Below are positions 36,329 to 46,518 of a DNA stretch of 64,000 bases, one piece after another. The notes beneath the pieces are model-generated. The model saw nothing but the letters and a program-made list of their open reading frames with translations, had not been told where the DNA came from and searched no databases. The position numbers were made by a program, and so were the translations under genes. Numbering within the stretch: position 1 is the first letter of the stretch; each line of letters begins with the position of its first letter. The DNA is taken from IMG/VR virus record IMGVR_UViG_3300031853_000016; one strand, written 5' to 3'. The DNA comes from an uncultured virus (IMG/VR IMGVR_UViG_3300031853_000016). Taxonomy: Duplodnaviria; Heunggongvirae; Uroviricota; Caudoviricetes.

Positions 36329-36783
36329 GTCTTATACCTCCGTTACTTTGTCGGCTGTTCCTCGCCGTTCGGTATTTATATTCAGCGGAGTTACTTTTCC
36401 GCTTATATGCAAAAAGAGGTCAACGATATGGGAGATCGTCAACCTCTTTGACCTTCTGACTAAACGCTTATAGTCAGGTGATAATATGGATGCTCGTTAT
36501 CGGTAATTACCCGATTCTGAGCATATATAACAAAAAAGAGCGCAGTTGATATAATCAACCACGCTCGGCATTCCAGTAATACTTTCATTACTGCTTGTTT
36601 TTTGGTTTTTTAAGTTCTTCTCTCCTGATATCCATGATCTTGATGTTATCCTTTAAGGGGATAAGTTCAATTCTATGCCCTTTTTCAAGAGCGGCATGGA
36701 TTCTTTCAAGCTGTTCGGGAGTAATTCTGTATTTGTCCATATTATAACACCTGACTTTCGATTTGTCAATACTTTTCGTATAA

Positions 36784-37188
36784 TTAACGCTTCATAATAG
36801 CTTCAATTATGCGCTTGTATTCTTCTGTGTGTTCGGATGCGGCTTTTTTCAGCATATGTCGGGGTTTCATACCTCTTGTAACGTGATATTTGCCGTTACG
36901 GTCATAATAGCCCCACGGTGACTGTCTGCCTTTGCCATCGCTTGCATAGATACCTGTACCGAGTTCAAGCCAGATTCCGTATTCGACATTAGTTCCGATG
37001 TAAACATCATCGCCCCTGACTGCATGAGTGATGCTATTTCGTAAACGTCCAGTATCAACAGGAGTTGACCGCTTCGCAAAGCCCTCAGCCTGTATGCCGA
37101 TTCCAGTCAATGCCGCTTTCTTCTTTTCTTCCAATGCTCTGAGTATCTCACCGCTGTTATCGGTTATCTGAATATCTATGTCGGGCAT
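36784..37188 (-). CDS. HK97 gp10-like tail component
   Basis: TPVDTGRLRNSI, GTNVEYGIWLELGT. Confidence 0.85.
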   Translation of the reverse strand: MPDIDIQITDNSGEILRALEEKKKAALTGIGIQAEGFAKRSTPVDTGRLRNSITHAVRGDDVYIGTNVEYGIWLELGTGIYASDGKGRQSPWGYYDRNGKYHVTRGMKPRHMLKKAASEHTEEYKRIIEAIMKR

Positions 37189-37190
37189 TT

Positions 37191-37313
37191 TTAATCACAA
37201 TCCTTTTTATCCTCAGTCATTTCCTTTAATGCCTGTGTTGCAATAAAAAAATTGTCTGCGGTTACTTCGTCAAGGTCTTTTGCCTGCTCAGGTTCTTTTT
37301 TCTTATCATCCAT
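37191..37313 (-). CDS. 40-aa acidic ORF downstream of MuF (not in ORF track)
   Basis: MDDKKKEPEQAKDLDEVTADNFFIATQALKEMTEDKKDCD fills the gap exactly. Confidence 0.45.
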   Translation of the reverse strand: MDDKKKEPEQAKDLDEVTADNFFIATQALKEMTEDKKDCD

Positions 37314-37317
37314 ATTA

Positions 37318-39099
37318 TCACTTCCTTCTCAGACTTTCAAAAATCTTGATAAGGTTCGGGTCTGCGAATTTCTCACCCTTTTGCCATGATGCAAAGCTTT
37401 CAGCAATATATTCACCCTTTTGTGTTGTTGCATATCCTGAGATTTTAGGAGCATATGTCTGCATATCATTTTCGACTTTATCCCATAATTCATGTTTTTT
37501 GACTTGCTTTTCAAGAGCGTGACCGAATTCATGTGTTAAAGCTTCGGTTATATTGTCGGGGACTGTTCCTCGACCGCTTATCTTTGAATTCTCTATCACT
37601 GTTCTTGCCGCCCTTGACATTTTACTAAAGTCATATTTCTCAGGATGTTCAAGCATATCCTTCATCAGCTTGTTTTCTTCTGCAAAGCCCTTTTCGGCTA
37701 TTTTAACCGACTTCAAAGCGGATTTGTTGAGAACAAAGCTATTTCTCATTGGCATATATCCTGCAACAGCTTCATCAATAGCCTTGCCGAGTTTGGTATT
37801 CTTTGCAGGGGCTACAAAACCGCCGAATTTATCAACGTTGAATTCATTGTAAAGCCGTGATATCGTTGCATTTATCTCGTTCGCCGCATCGAGGTCAATG
37901 CCTTTATAGCTTACCTCACGTAATGCTCCGAATTGGTCAAAGTCCATATACTGCATGATAAACTGTTCCGCTTCTTCAATCGTGCTTGCAGGCTTAAATT
38001 CTTCTCTCTGCGGTATAGGTTCATCCACCGCATCAGGTTTCTCAACCGTAGGAGCAGGAACTTCAACCTCGGCAGGCTTTTCTTCTGTCTTTGGTTCTGG
38101 CTTCGGAGCAGGCGGTTCAGCGTTGTCCTGTTTCCGCTTTTCTTCCTTCCATTCCTCATAGGTCATATCACCGAGTTTGCTGTCTCGCTGCGATACGTCC
38201 GATAAGTTATAGTCAACTCCCTCGACTTCACCAACGAGAGTGCATCGGCAGTTATACGTTAAGTATGGTTCTGCGGCAGGGTCACCCGGAAAGAATATTT
38301 TCTCTCCCTCAACCTCAAACGCTTCACCGACTTTCCTTTTCTGTCCGTCAAGCAGTCTGTGTTCGTGTCTGGTTCGTGAATCTAAAGTCGCCATCCAGAC
38401 TTGAAGCATCTTTATCCCCATGCTCTCAGCACGTTTATAGCTGTCAATTCTGCCGCCGTTCTGCGCTGATGTGGTCATTGTTCGGGCATTACGTATAGCC
38501 GATGTATGCGACATATCCGTGACTGTTGCCGCAAGTCTCTGTGATATCTTATCTATGGATTCACCCTGTAATATTCCCTGTGTAATCGCTGAGTTGATGT
38601 GCTTCTTGTTCCATAGTTCGTCTTTAGGAACATTTACAGCCGCTTTTCGGGGGAGTAGATCGGGATTATCTCTCATAAGACGTTCAACTGTCTGCTTATC
38701 GTACATCGTGTACTGTGTGTTTATCCGAGAGCCTTTTTCAATCTCATACGTGCCGTAATTATGATTCACAGCATATACTTCGGGGAGATAACCGTTTATC
38801 ACAGATGCCGCTATCTGGTTTGTGTGTGTCATATCAGCGGCTAAGGTATCAGCCATTTGATGATATCTGTTGCCCTGAAAGATTTGTGTTCTGCGCCACC
38901 GCTCATATTCGGCCTTGTCAAGTTCACCGTCTTTCACTTGCTGACGTTTTTTCTTGTCCATTTCTCGGAACTGCTTCATAAAATCATCAGCGGTTTGACG
39001 TGCTTCACGGTATGCTTGTTTGTACACTTCGTCAAGACGTTTCTCCATGTCTCGGAGAATCTTGTCTGTTTCTTTGTGTGCAGGGTCAGGTTTTGGCAT
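37318..39099 (-). CDS. MuF/SPP1 gp7-like minor head protein with C-terminal HExxH metallopeptidase-like domain
   Basis: WMATLDSRTRHEH, PGDP..YNCRC; Pro/Glu linker; THEFGHALE...ISGYA...EYIAESF. Confidence 0.85.
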   Translation of the reverse strand: MPKPDPAHKETDKILRDMEKRLDEVYKQAYREARQTADDFMKQFREMDKKKRQQVKDGELDKAEYERWRRTQIFQGNRYHQMADTLAADMTHTNQIAASVINGYLPEVYAVNHNYGTYEIEKGSRINTQYTMYDKQTVERLMRDNPDLLPRKAAVNVPKDELWNKKHINSAITQGILQGESIDKISQRLAATVTDMSHTSAIRNARTMTTSAQNGGRIDSYKRAESMGIKMLQVWMATLDSRTRHEHRLLDGQKRKVGEAFEVEGEKIFFPGDPAAEPYLTYNCRCTLVGEVEGVDYNLSDVSQRDSKLGDMTYEEWKEEKRKQDNAEPPAPKPEPKTEEKPAEVEVPAPTVEKPDAVDEPIPQREEFKPASTIEEAEQFIMQYMDFDQFGALREVSYKGIDLDAANEINATISRLYNEFNVDKFGGFVAPAKNTKLGKAIDEAVAGYMPMRNSFVLNKSALKSVKIAEKGFAEENKLMKDMLEHPEKYDFSKMSRAARTVIENSKISGRGTVPDNITEALTHEFGHALEKQVKKHELWDKVENDMQTYAPKISGYATTQKGEYIAESFASWQKGEKFADPNLIKIFESLRRK

Positions 39100-39169
39100 T
39101 GTATCACCACACTTTCAAAAGCACCTCAAAAACCGCCCTTTTTAGATGTTCTTCAATTAGGGTATATAA

Positions 39170-40564
39170 TTATACCTCTAAGCCATCAGAACCGCCATCA
39201 GCGTTATCCTGTGTGCTGCTGAACTGCGCTATCTGTTCGGCTGCTTTTTCTTTCATGATTTCTTCGATACGTTCTCCCGAACCGTTGAGAATTGCCAGTC
39301 TCTTTGTGGTTTCGGTATCGCCTAAGTACGGAGCAGACACGACAGCATTCTGAATAGCTTCTGTTGCATTGATAGTCTCATAGTATTCAACTGTAAAGCG
39401 TTCACGCTCGGTAACTCCTGCGATTTTAAGGATTCCACGAAGAAACTTGAATACTCTGGATTCCATCATAGCAGAATAGTTTCTCTGCTTGCTGTATGCC
39501 GCCGCTATCGCTGTTGCTGTGAGGTTGCCTGCTTCTAAGGTTTCATGATTCACGCCGCAGAGATTATCAAAGATTATCTGCTTTATGCGGTTATATGCCG
39601 CATTGTTAGCTTCAAACGGTACTGTTATCTGATGCGGTTCAGCACTTCCATCATCATCAACATGGATAACGTGTGATTTAATCAGATTCACTATAAAATT
39701 AGCATCTGCAATATCATCCATGCCACCATAGTTCTTCAATACCCAGTACACTAATTCGGCCTGTGAAACGTTGTTGACAAGCTGTGAAGCCATGAGGTCA
39801 AGTGCAGCTAAGTCCTCACGTACACCGACAATCATTGATTCGTTGTTGATGTTATAAAGCGGATAGATCGGGATTTCCGTTGATTCATCAGATGTGCTGT
39901 ATACTCCTTCAACATCGTTCCATGTTGCTGAATAGCTATAAGGTTCTTTCTTCTTGCTGATTTTCATAGCTTCGGATTCTTCCTGTATGTATTCAGTACA
40001 TCCGTCTGGTTCAAAGAGAGACACACAAAGCGGTTTATCTGTATCTATCTGTGTAAAATAGATATAGTCTTTCGGTCTGCCTGTGTAATCGTCAAGAATC
40101 GGGATAGTGTTCAAGAATTTGAGATTCAAGACCGTTTTTTCTCCGTCTGATTCTCCGTAATAGCCGTATGAAGCACCGCATATAAGAGCATCGGTATAGA
40201 TTTCTTTAAGCGTATCATCGAAATCCTCACCGAGTAAAGCCTTGTTATCCTCGTTGTTGAATCCTATGCCATTTGTAAGCAGATGTGCACAGGATTCATT
40301 GAGGATATTCGGGAAATAGCAACATCTCAGCTTTGCGTTCGGGCTTATCAAGTCCTGATGTGCTATGCCTTTCATATCATAGATAACCTTTTCAACTGCT
40401 TCAATATCGGGATTCTCTTTGCGGTAATACTTCATTGCTATGTCAGCCGTCTTGTATGCATCGGACCGTTTAAAATCGTTTATAGCCTGCTCAATAAAGG
40501 CTATACGTTTTGTATCATCATCACCGCATTTGAGTAAATCGTTATGTGTAAGCGTTTCAAACAC
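39170..40564 (-). CDS. Portal protein (SPP1 gp6-like)
   Basis: YWVLKNYGG, NLTATAIAAAY; follows TerL. Confidence 0.85.
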   Translation of the reverse strand: MFETLTHNDLLKCGDDDTKRIAFIEQAINDFKRSDAYKTADIAMKYYRKENPDIEAVEKVIYDMKGIAHQDLISPNAKLRCCYFPNILNESCAHLLTNGIGFNNEDNKALLGEDFDDTLKEIYTDALICGASYGYYGESDGEKTVLNLKFLNTIPILDDYTGRPKDYIYFTQIDTDKPLCVSLFEPDGCTEYIQEESEAMKISKKKEPYSYSATWNDVEGVYSTSDESTEIPIYPLYNINNESMIVGVREDLAALDLMASQLVNNVSQAELVYWVLKNYGGMDDIADANFIVNLIKSHVIHVDDDGSAEPHQITVPFEANNAAYNRIKQIIFDNLCGVNHETLEAGNLTATAIAAAYSKQRNYSAMMESRVFKFLRGILKIAGVTERERFTVEYYETINATEAIQNAVVSAPYLGDTETTKRLAILNGSGERIEEIMKEKAAEQIAQFSSTQDNADGGSDGLEV

Positions 40565-40589
40565 CCTCTTTCATATAATCCCCATATTA

Positions 40590-41813
40590 TCACAAAATGG
40601 CTTGATGCTGTGTCTTTTCCTTTGCCAATCCTGTTGTTGCCACGAAATACCTGATATTGTCCATAGCGTGATCGTTAACTTTTACAGGTCTGTCCTCTGC
40701 TTCTGTATCATCCCATACATAGCCGCCGAATTCTTCAATAGTTCGCTTGCATACAGGCGATACCTTAATCAAGCCTTTTTTCAATGCTACTGCTGTATCT
40801 CTGATACCATCGGAAACGTCATTTTTTGCCTTTTTTACCCTGTATCGTGATTTCTTTCGGAGCAGGGTTATAAAAGATGCTGCTGACGGGTCAATCACCG
40901 TGTATACAGTTCCTGTCACACCATGCTCATCAAGAAACTTGTCAAGTTCGTCTCCGTATTCGGTATCTGTTTTCTGCACACCTGTTTCACGTCCAGAATA
41001 ATAATACTCATCCACGATATACCACACTTTGCCGTATTTGCCCCATAGCGACACAGAAAAAGCGTTCTGTGTACCGTAATCGATAGATATGCAGTATCTC
41101 TCTGCTTTGCCCTCAGGCGGCTTTTCAATGGCTTCTTTGTACATCGGGTAGATGATACCTTCTGCAAGCACCCATAAGCCGAGGATGTATCTGTCATAAA
41201 ATACCCCTGCAAAGTTATTTTCATACATCTGCAAGGTTTTTTCTGATAATGACGGATTGTCACGCATTTGGAAGTGCAGATATAAAGCATTGCGTTCCTT
41301 GTGACGTTTTATCCAATCGAGATAGAACCAATGTGTAGGAGAACCGGGATTGCAACTGAACCATAGCTTTGCACCGTCTACTGAGCATCGTGATATAGCC
41401 TGATGTACAAAGCTTTGTGGCATAAGCACAACCTCATCAAGGAGAACCCCTGCGAGTGTTCGACCTTGTATCAGCGTAAAAGAACTTTCGTCTTTACCGC
41501 CAAACACTTCAAAAATATTTCGGACTGGACCTCTTGTGACTTCAAGTATCTTATCCTGAGAATGCCACTTGATGTTATACCGCTTCTGTGCATAACTCAT
41601 ACCCATATACGGAACAACTATGTTCTGCTTTGCTGAGCCTACTGTTTTAGCACAAATGCCGAAACGCTGTCCTGAGAAGTTACGCATCGCCCAGTCAATA
41701 AAAGCAACCATCATAATTGATGTTTTACCGCTTCTGACTGCTCCATCACAGATAATTGCATCATAGTCCGAGTAAGGAAATGCAAGTATCTTTTTCTGCT
41801 TATCACTAATCAT
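40590..41813 (-). CDS. terL: Terminase large subunit (PBSX-like)
   Basis: GAVRSGKT, LLDE, SCNPGSPTHW, IDYG, IDPSAASF, DHAMD. Confidence 0.95.
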   Translation of the reverse strand: MISDKQKKILAFPYSDYDAIICDGAVRSGKTSIMMVAFIDWAMRNFSGQRFGICAKTVGSAKQNIVVPYMGMSYAQKRYNIKWHSQDKILEVTRGPVRNIFEVFGGKDESSFTLIQGRTLAGVLLDEVVLMPQSFVHQAISRCSVDGAKLWFSCNPGSPTHWFYLDWIKRHKERNALYLHFQMRDNPSLSEKTLQMYENNFAGVFYDRYILGLWVLAEGIIYPMYKEAIEKPPEGKAERYCISIDYGTQNAFSVSLWGKYGKVWYIVDEYYYSGRETGVQKTDTEYGDELDKFLDEHGVTGTVYTVIDPSAASFITLLRKKSRYRVKKAKNDVSDGIRDTAVALKKGLIKVSPVCKRTIEEFGGYVWDDTEAEDRPVKVNDHAMDNIRYFVATTGLAKEKTQHQAIL

Positions 41814-42258
41814 CGCTTTCTAAGTCCTCAGCCATTGCTTCAAGGGACTGACTAAGAGCATCCTGTTTTACATCATCATCAGCAAACCTTGAAACTTCTT
41901 GTTTGTTTGTATATCCGTATTTTGACATCCATAGTCCTGAAAGCTGTGTCGGAATAGTTCCTTGTTCAAATTTTCTTCGGGCATCAATCTCACATTCTTC
42001 CTTCATATATGTAACGATGTCCGAAAATTTCTTATCCTCGCCGTATATTTCGTAAAACGTAGAACGTGCAACGCCTATATATATGCAAAATCCCTCAATA
42101 GTGTAAGTAATAGGTTTTTTTAGTTCAACCGAGACAAAAGCCCCTTTGCTTGAACTAAATTCATGACATATTGCAGTTTTATTATCACAATACTCCTTAA
42201 ATTCTTCCCATTTTGTAGCTAATTCTTTCGGAGTTTTTATCTTTCTCGGTCTTGCCAT
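41806..42258 (-). CDS. terS: Terminase small subunit
   Basis: MARPRKIKTPKEL, TIEGFCIYIG; directly upstream of TerL. Confidence 0.8.
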   Translation of the reverse strand: MARPRKIKTPKELATKWEEFKEYCDNKTAICHEFSSSKGAFVSVELKKPITYTIEGFCIYIGVARSTFYEIYGEDKKFSDIVTYMKEECEIDARRKFEQGTIPTQLSGLWMSKYGYTNKQEVSRFADDDVKQDALSQSLEAMAEDLESDD

Positions 42259-42728
42259 ATCATCACCTACTTTCATTATCACCGTCTAAAATGCGTTCTA
42301 ACCGCTTGTATTTTTGATAGGGTAATTATACCACCCTGTTGTCTGACGTGCCGTGTGCGTTAATCTGGTGCGTGTATATACAGAAAAAGCCACAGTATTG
42401 CTGTGACTTAATCTGCGCATCTTACCGCAAGGAGGTTATTACCTGTCCGTATTGCCTGTACACAAGGCACGTTGTAAAAATCCACATATTTTGAAATTGC
42501 TGTTCGTGCCTTTATGGTGCTTGATCTAAGTCACTACCTCATATCAAACATAAAGAGGGGATAGAGGGAGTGAGACACCGCTCCCCACAGTAAGAAAGGA
42601 CATACAAGAACATCAAATCATGTGTAGAACAAAAGAATGAAAGGAAATCATTCCGAAAAGATGTGCGGAATTGCGGTAAAGGCATAGCCGCTCAAAGCAT
42701 CAGCACATTACCGCATCCCACTATACGT

Positions 42729-42757
42729 ATTATAGCATATTTTCAACATTATTTCAA
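42729..42757 (-). promoter_or_regulatory. Probable late promoter
   Basis: TTGAAA-17bp-TATAAT with TG extension; tandem TTTCAACAT repeats. Confidence 0.6.
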
Positions 42758-42795
42758 CATCATAATGATGTAATAACCACATCATTTTTGCATTT

Positions 42796-43020
42796 TTACG
42801 CCCCATCTTCCCAATCTGGATAAACCAGATCTTTCATATCACAGCTGAGGTATTCAGCGATCAGCCACAAATGCTCTTTGCTGATAGATTCACGCCTGTT
42901 CTTGTTGTCTTGAAACGTATAAAACGAGAATCCGCACTCTTTGGCAAGCTGTTTATATGTCTTTATCCCATTCTTGTGCATCTGCTGTCTCAGTTTGCCA
43001 ATATCAAGTTTAATTTTCAT
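42796..43020 (-). CDS. HTH protein (possible late regulator)
   Basis: XRE-like HTH at end of middle operon. Confidence 0.7.
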   Translation of the reverse strand: MKIKLDIGKLRQQMHKNGIKTYKQLAKECGFSFYTFQDNKNRRESISKEHLWLIAEYLSCDMKDLVYPDWEDGA

Positions 43021-43119
43021 ATCCTGTCACCGTGTCTATGCTCGTTCCCTTGCCGACAGTCTCACAGCTTACTGTGCAAATCATTGTCAGCAGTGCGGCT
43101 ATGATAAATATGATCTTCT

Positions 43120-43341
43120 TCATTCTTCCTGCTCCTCTCCGTAAAGTATGTAATCAGCTGATACGTCAAGAGCCTTGCAAAGCTTTGAGAAATAGTAAAT
43201 GCTCATATATCGCTTGCCTTCTTCCCAATTGCTTATGCTGCAATGTGTCGTTCCGACTTTATCAGCTAAATCATACTGTGTCAGTTTCTTACTCTTGCGT
43301 ATTTTCTTGATTCGTTCCCCGATAGATTCAACGCTTGTCAT
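43120..43341 (-). CDS. XRE HTH protein
   Basis: IGERIKKIRK..LTQYDLA..ISNWEEG. Confidence 0.85.
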   Translation of the reverse strand: MTSVESIGERIKKIRKSKKLTQYDLADKVGTTHCSISNWEEGKRYMSIYYFSKLCKALDVSADYILYGEEQEE

Positions 43342-43561
43342 TCTCGCTGTTCTCCATCTTCATGAGATAATCTTCATAGAATTCAGCCTTTGCTATATCT
43401 TCATCGGCTGACGATGTAGCTTTCTTTCCGGCTCTGAATCTGTACTTGTATGCGTTACATCTGCAAAAGCCCTTGACAGCTTCATCACCGAACATTGCTC
43501 TCATAACTTCGATACATTCATGCTTTCCCTGATAGTGTGAGGGATGAATTACGTTATTCAT
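43328..43561 (-). CDS. DUF3310-like protein
   Basis: VIHPSHY, ECIEVM, NAYKYRFRAGKK, DIAKA. Confidence 0.85.
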   Translation of the reverse strand: MNNVIHPSHYQGKHECIEVMRAMFGDEAVKGFCRCNAYKYRFRAGKKATSSADEDIAKAEFYEDYLMKMENSENDKR

Positions 43562-43908
43562 TGCTTTACTCCTTTAATTCTGATAGTGGAAGTCTCCGAT
43601 ATCAACGGTAACTTCCCCACCTGTTACGCTTACGCCCGGGATATCATTAACTCGCTCACAGTGTGCTAACACTATCAGTGCCGCTATTACTGCTACGAAT
43701 ATTATTATTCCCGAGGGCTTGTTATCCTTTTTCATGTGCATCTTCCTCGCTGTTGTCATGCCGTTTAGCCTTGATTTTTTCAACCTTCTGTGCAAATAAC
43801 TCGTTTTCAAGTTCATCCGTCTCTTTTGCCGACTGTGCAAGGGAGAACATCACAAGCACAGTCATGATTATGCCGCCGATAAGCACTCCGATTACAAATT
43901 CCATTCTA

Positions 43909-44433
43909 TCACTCCTTTGCATATTTCCAGACAAAGCCACCTGCTGTTTTGAAATGTTTTCTTTTGAGACAGCATTTTGATATATTTTGATGTGAAATTC
44001 CTGTTTTTAATTCTGCATCTAATACGCTTTCATACTCGGCTATTTTGTTTCCGTTAGTGTCATATTGCACAACTGCTTTATATTTAGACTTTATCATTTT
44101 TTCTATACGTTTGCCGTATCTGTTGTTATATCCCACTGTGCAGTATTCTAAATTTTCAACTCTATTATCGGTTTTTATCTCATTCTTATGATTAACGCAA
44201 GGTAAAGATAGTGGATTCTCTAAGAATGCTTGCGCCACTAATCTGTGTACTTTTACTGTCTTACAGCTGTTATCTTTGTATAAAACAACTGTACAATATC
44301 CGCTTCTATCATGGTTAATTCTTAACTCTTTGATTTTATTCTGTAAGAAAGATCTTACTTTCCCTTTATTACTAACCTCATATTTCCCTTCATAGCCTTT
44401 TATCGTTTTCCACTGTTCATTCAAAATTCTCAC
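43909..44433 (-). CDS. NUMOD4-HNH-NUMOD1 homing endonuclease
   Basis: WKTIKGYEGKYEVSNKG, VHRLVA, VNHKNEIKTDN, KTAGGFVW. Confidence 0.9.
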   Translation of the reverse strand: MRILNEQWKTIKGYEGKYEVSNKGKVRSFLQNKIKELRINHDRSGYCTVVLYKDNSCKTVKVHRLVAQAFLENPLSLPCVNHKNEIKTDNRVENLEYCTVGYNNRYGKRIEKMIKSKYKAVVQYDTNGNKIAEYESVLDAELKTGISHQNISKCCLKRKHFKTAGGFVWKYAKE

Positions 44434-44435
44434 CT

Positions 44436-44909
44436 CTATTCATATACCGAATCTATATCATCTGTTCTCAGTCGAGATTCGATCTGACTTCTCAGCATAG
44501 CATTTTCACGTTTTAACCGTTCGTAGTCCTGTTTCAACTTGCAAGCTGCTTTCATGCCCTCGTTGAATCCTGTGAGATATCCCTGTCTGAAAGCCTGCTC
44601 ACATTCGTCCTTGATTTTCAGTGCTGTTTCAACTGCTGCTTTTGCAAGTGGATGTTCCTCTTTCGGTATCTCTCTGCGGATAAGCTGTGCAAAGCTTTCG
44701 GCTTCGTCCTTAGTTCCACATATCGGGCAGACCTGTCTCCCTTCGGGTATCTGTGCACCGCAGATAACGCAGAGGTTATCGGGTTCTCTTACTATCATTT
44801 CTATCAACTCCTTATGTGTTAGTGTTCTGCAATCCTTGCCCGTTATCCGTACCGAGAGAGGGCAGGAAAGGCAGTGTATTTGTTGTTTGCAGATGCTTTC
44901 TCGGTTCAT
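44436..44909 (-). CDS. Zn-ribbon hypothetical protein
   Basis: CVICGAQIPEGRQVCPIC. Confidence 0.6.
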   Translation of the reverse strand: MNRESICKQQIHCLSCPLSVRITGKDCRTLTHKELIEMIVREPDNLCVICGAQIPEGRQVCPICGTKDEAESFAQLIRREIPKEEHPLAKAAVETALKIKDECEQAFRQGYLTGFNEGMKAACKLKQDYERLKRENAMLRSQIESRLRTDDIDSVYE

Positions 44910-44921
44910 TTGTTTCTCCTA

Positions 44922-45179
44922 TCAGCTTTTACGCACATAAACCGGCTCAGTTTCAATTACAATGCCTGCATCATCTGAACCACCGTATATTTTATTGATA
45001 TTCAAATCAAGGTTCTTAAAGAAACGTACAAAGTCTTGATTTTCACTGCCTTTTCTTAAACCTCTGCAAAGATCTGATGTATAACATCTTCCAGTTGCGG
45101 TATCCTTGATTTTAAGTAATATTGTATACTTCCAACCATCGGATATAATGTCATATAGATTATTAAGTTTCATTTTCAC
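44922..45179 (-). CDS. Hypothetical phage protein
   Basis: Coupled ORF. Confidence 0.5.
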   Translation of the reverse strand: MKMKLNNLYDIISDGWKYTILLKIKDTATGRCYTSDLCRGLRKGSENQDFVRFFKNLDLNINKIYGGSDDAGIVIETEPVYVRKS

Positions 45180-45768
45180 TACCTCCTATCAGCTTTAAGG
45201 CTATGTCAGCTTTACACCATTTGAAACTATCAGCATAAGAACAATTTCCATGTTTAACACATATATAACAGCTGTCCAGACTGTGTGTATCATTATTGCA
45301 GGGCATTTTTGATATATCCTCAACTGCCATTTTCAGAAGTCGCTTTGCTTCTTTCAGTTCTTTGTAATAGCCGTAACTAATCTTGTTAAGATTTGCATAT
45401 TCTTCTTTGCAGTTTTTTAATTGTTCTTCAAGCTGGCATATTCTCAGTACGTCACCGCCGCTGACTTTACTCAAAAGTTCTCCTTTTTCCTTTATTAGCC
45501 TGTCGCACTCGCTTGTCAGCACCTTGTTTTCTTCTCTCAGGTCTTTTAATTCCTTCAGCCATTCGGCAAGCTGTCTGTGGTCTGCGGCACATTCTCGGCA
45601 ATTTATTGTCTTTCCCCATTCTGCACCGCCCTCTTTGTGCCACTTCTCGGCTTGTGTTTCATTCTGCTCTGCTACATCAAGGCAATGCTTTATGGCAGTA
45701 TCTAATGTGAGTTCACTCATTTTCAGTCCTCCTTTAGCGGTTCTGCATTTTCGACAAACGCTTTGCAA
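45163..45768 (-). CDS. Hypothetical coiled-coil phage protein
   Basis: LDTAIKHC, ECAADHRQLAEWLKELK. Confidence 0.65.
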   Translation of the reverse strand: MQSVCRKCRTAKGGLKMSELTLDTAIKHCLDVAEQNETQAEKWHKEGGAEWGKTINCRECAADHRQLAEWLKELKDLREENKVLTSECDRLIKEKGELLSKVSGGDVLRICQLEEQLKNCKEEYANLNKISYGYYKELKEAKRLLKMAVEDISKMPCNNDTHSLDSCYICVKHGNCSYADSFKWCKADIALKLIGGSENET

Positions 45769-45953
45769 TCAATACATTTTTCATTGATTTCACAATCAGA
45801 CCATTCAGCATAAAGGCCATTGCAAAAGCATCTATTATCATTTGGACCGTATTCGTGCTTTGATATATAGGCTCTTTTGCAATCCTTATCGAGAGGCTTG
45901 CCACGCATCACGGCTCTACTTATTGTTTTCATTTTCAGCCCCTCCTGTTCCAT
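45723..45953 (-). CDS. Hypothetical Cys-rich protein
   Basis: Coupled ORF. Confidence 0.5.
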   Translation of the reverse strand: MEQEGLKMKTISRAVMRGKPLDKDCKRAYISKHEYGPNDNRCFCNGLYAEWSDCEINEKCIDCKAFVENAEPLKED

Positions 45954-46153
45954 GCTTTAATTAGTTCTTCGCCGCTTATAGGCACTCCGCCGAATAATTC
46001 TATATCGCAGTCATAACAGCGAATTACATAGTAATGATTTTCGTCTTGCTTAACACCATGTTCCCACACTTTTTCGTTCTGTTCTTCTTCGTCCCAGTAA
46101 ACGATTTTTACTGCCTTTCCTCCGCAGAACGGACACGGTTTAAGTTCTGTCAT
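45935..46153 (-). CDS. Lar-like restriction alleviation protein
   Basis: ELKPCPFCGGKA...CxxC...AWNRR. Confidence 0.75.
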   Translation of the reverse strand: MTELKPCPFCGGKAVKIVYWDEEEQNEKVWEHGVKQDENHYYVIRCYDCDIELFGGVPISGEELIKAWNRRG

Positions 46154-46518
46154 TCCGCATCACCGTCCTTTAAGTCCATTCGTGCGCCACAATGTGGACA
46201 AAAATCATACGGCCTGAACCAAACACGTCTGACCGTAGGTTCTTGACAATATGAACAACTTGCAGAATAATTCTCAATATCGTGGTATATTTCATTCCAC
46301 TGTCCATGCTTCACTGGCTGTACGTCTGCGGCTTTTACCGCTAATATATCCTGTATCGCATTTATCAATGCTCTACGCTGTCCACGGTCAAACAGAGCAT
46401 GAGTATCGCCTATTGAATGTAAATATCCGTTGAGATAGTCTATAACTTCATGCTTGCTTATATACTCATCCATGCTCTCACTCCCTCTCCGCTTCAATCC
46501 GCTGCATCTGACGGTCAA
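46150..46518 (-). CDS. Zn-ribbon phage protein
   Basis: AADVQPVKHGQW, FCPHCGARMD. Confidence 0.7.
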   Translation of the reverse strand: MTVRCSGLKRRGSESMDEYISKHEVIDYLNGYLHSIGDTHALFDRGQRRALINAIQDILAVKAADVQPVKHGQWNEIYHDIENYSASCSYCQEPTVRRVWFRPYDFCPHCGARMDLKDGDAE

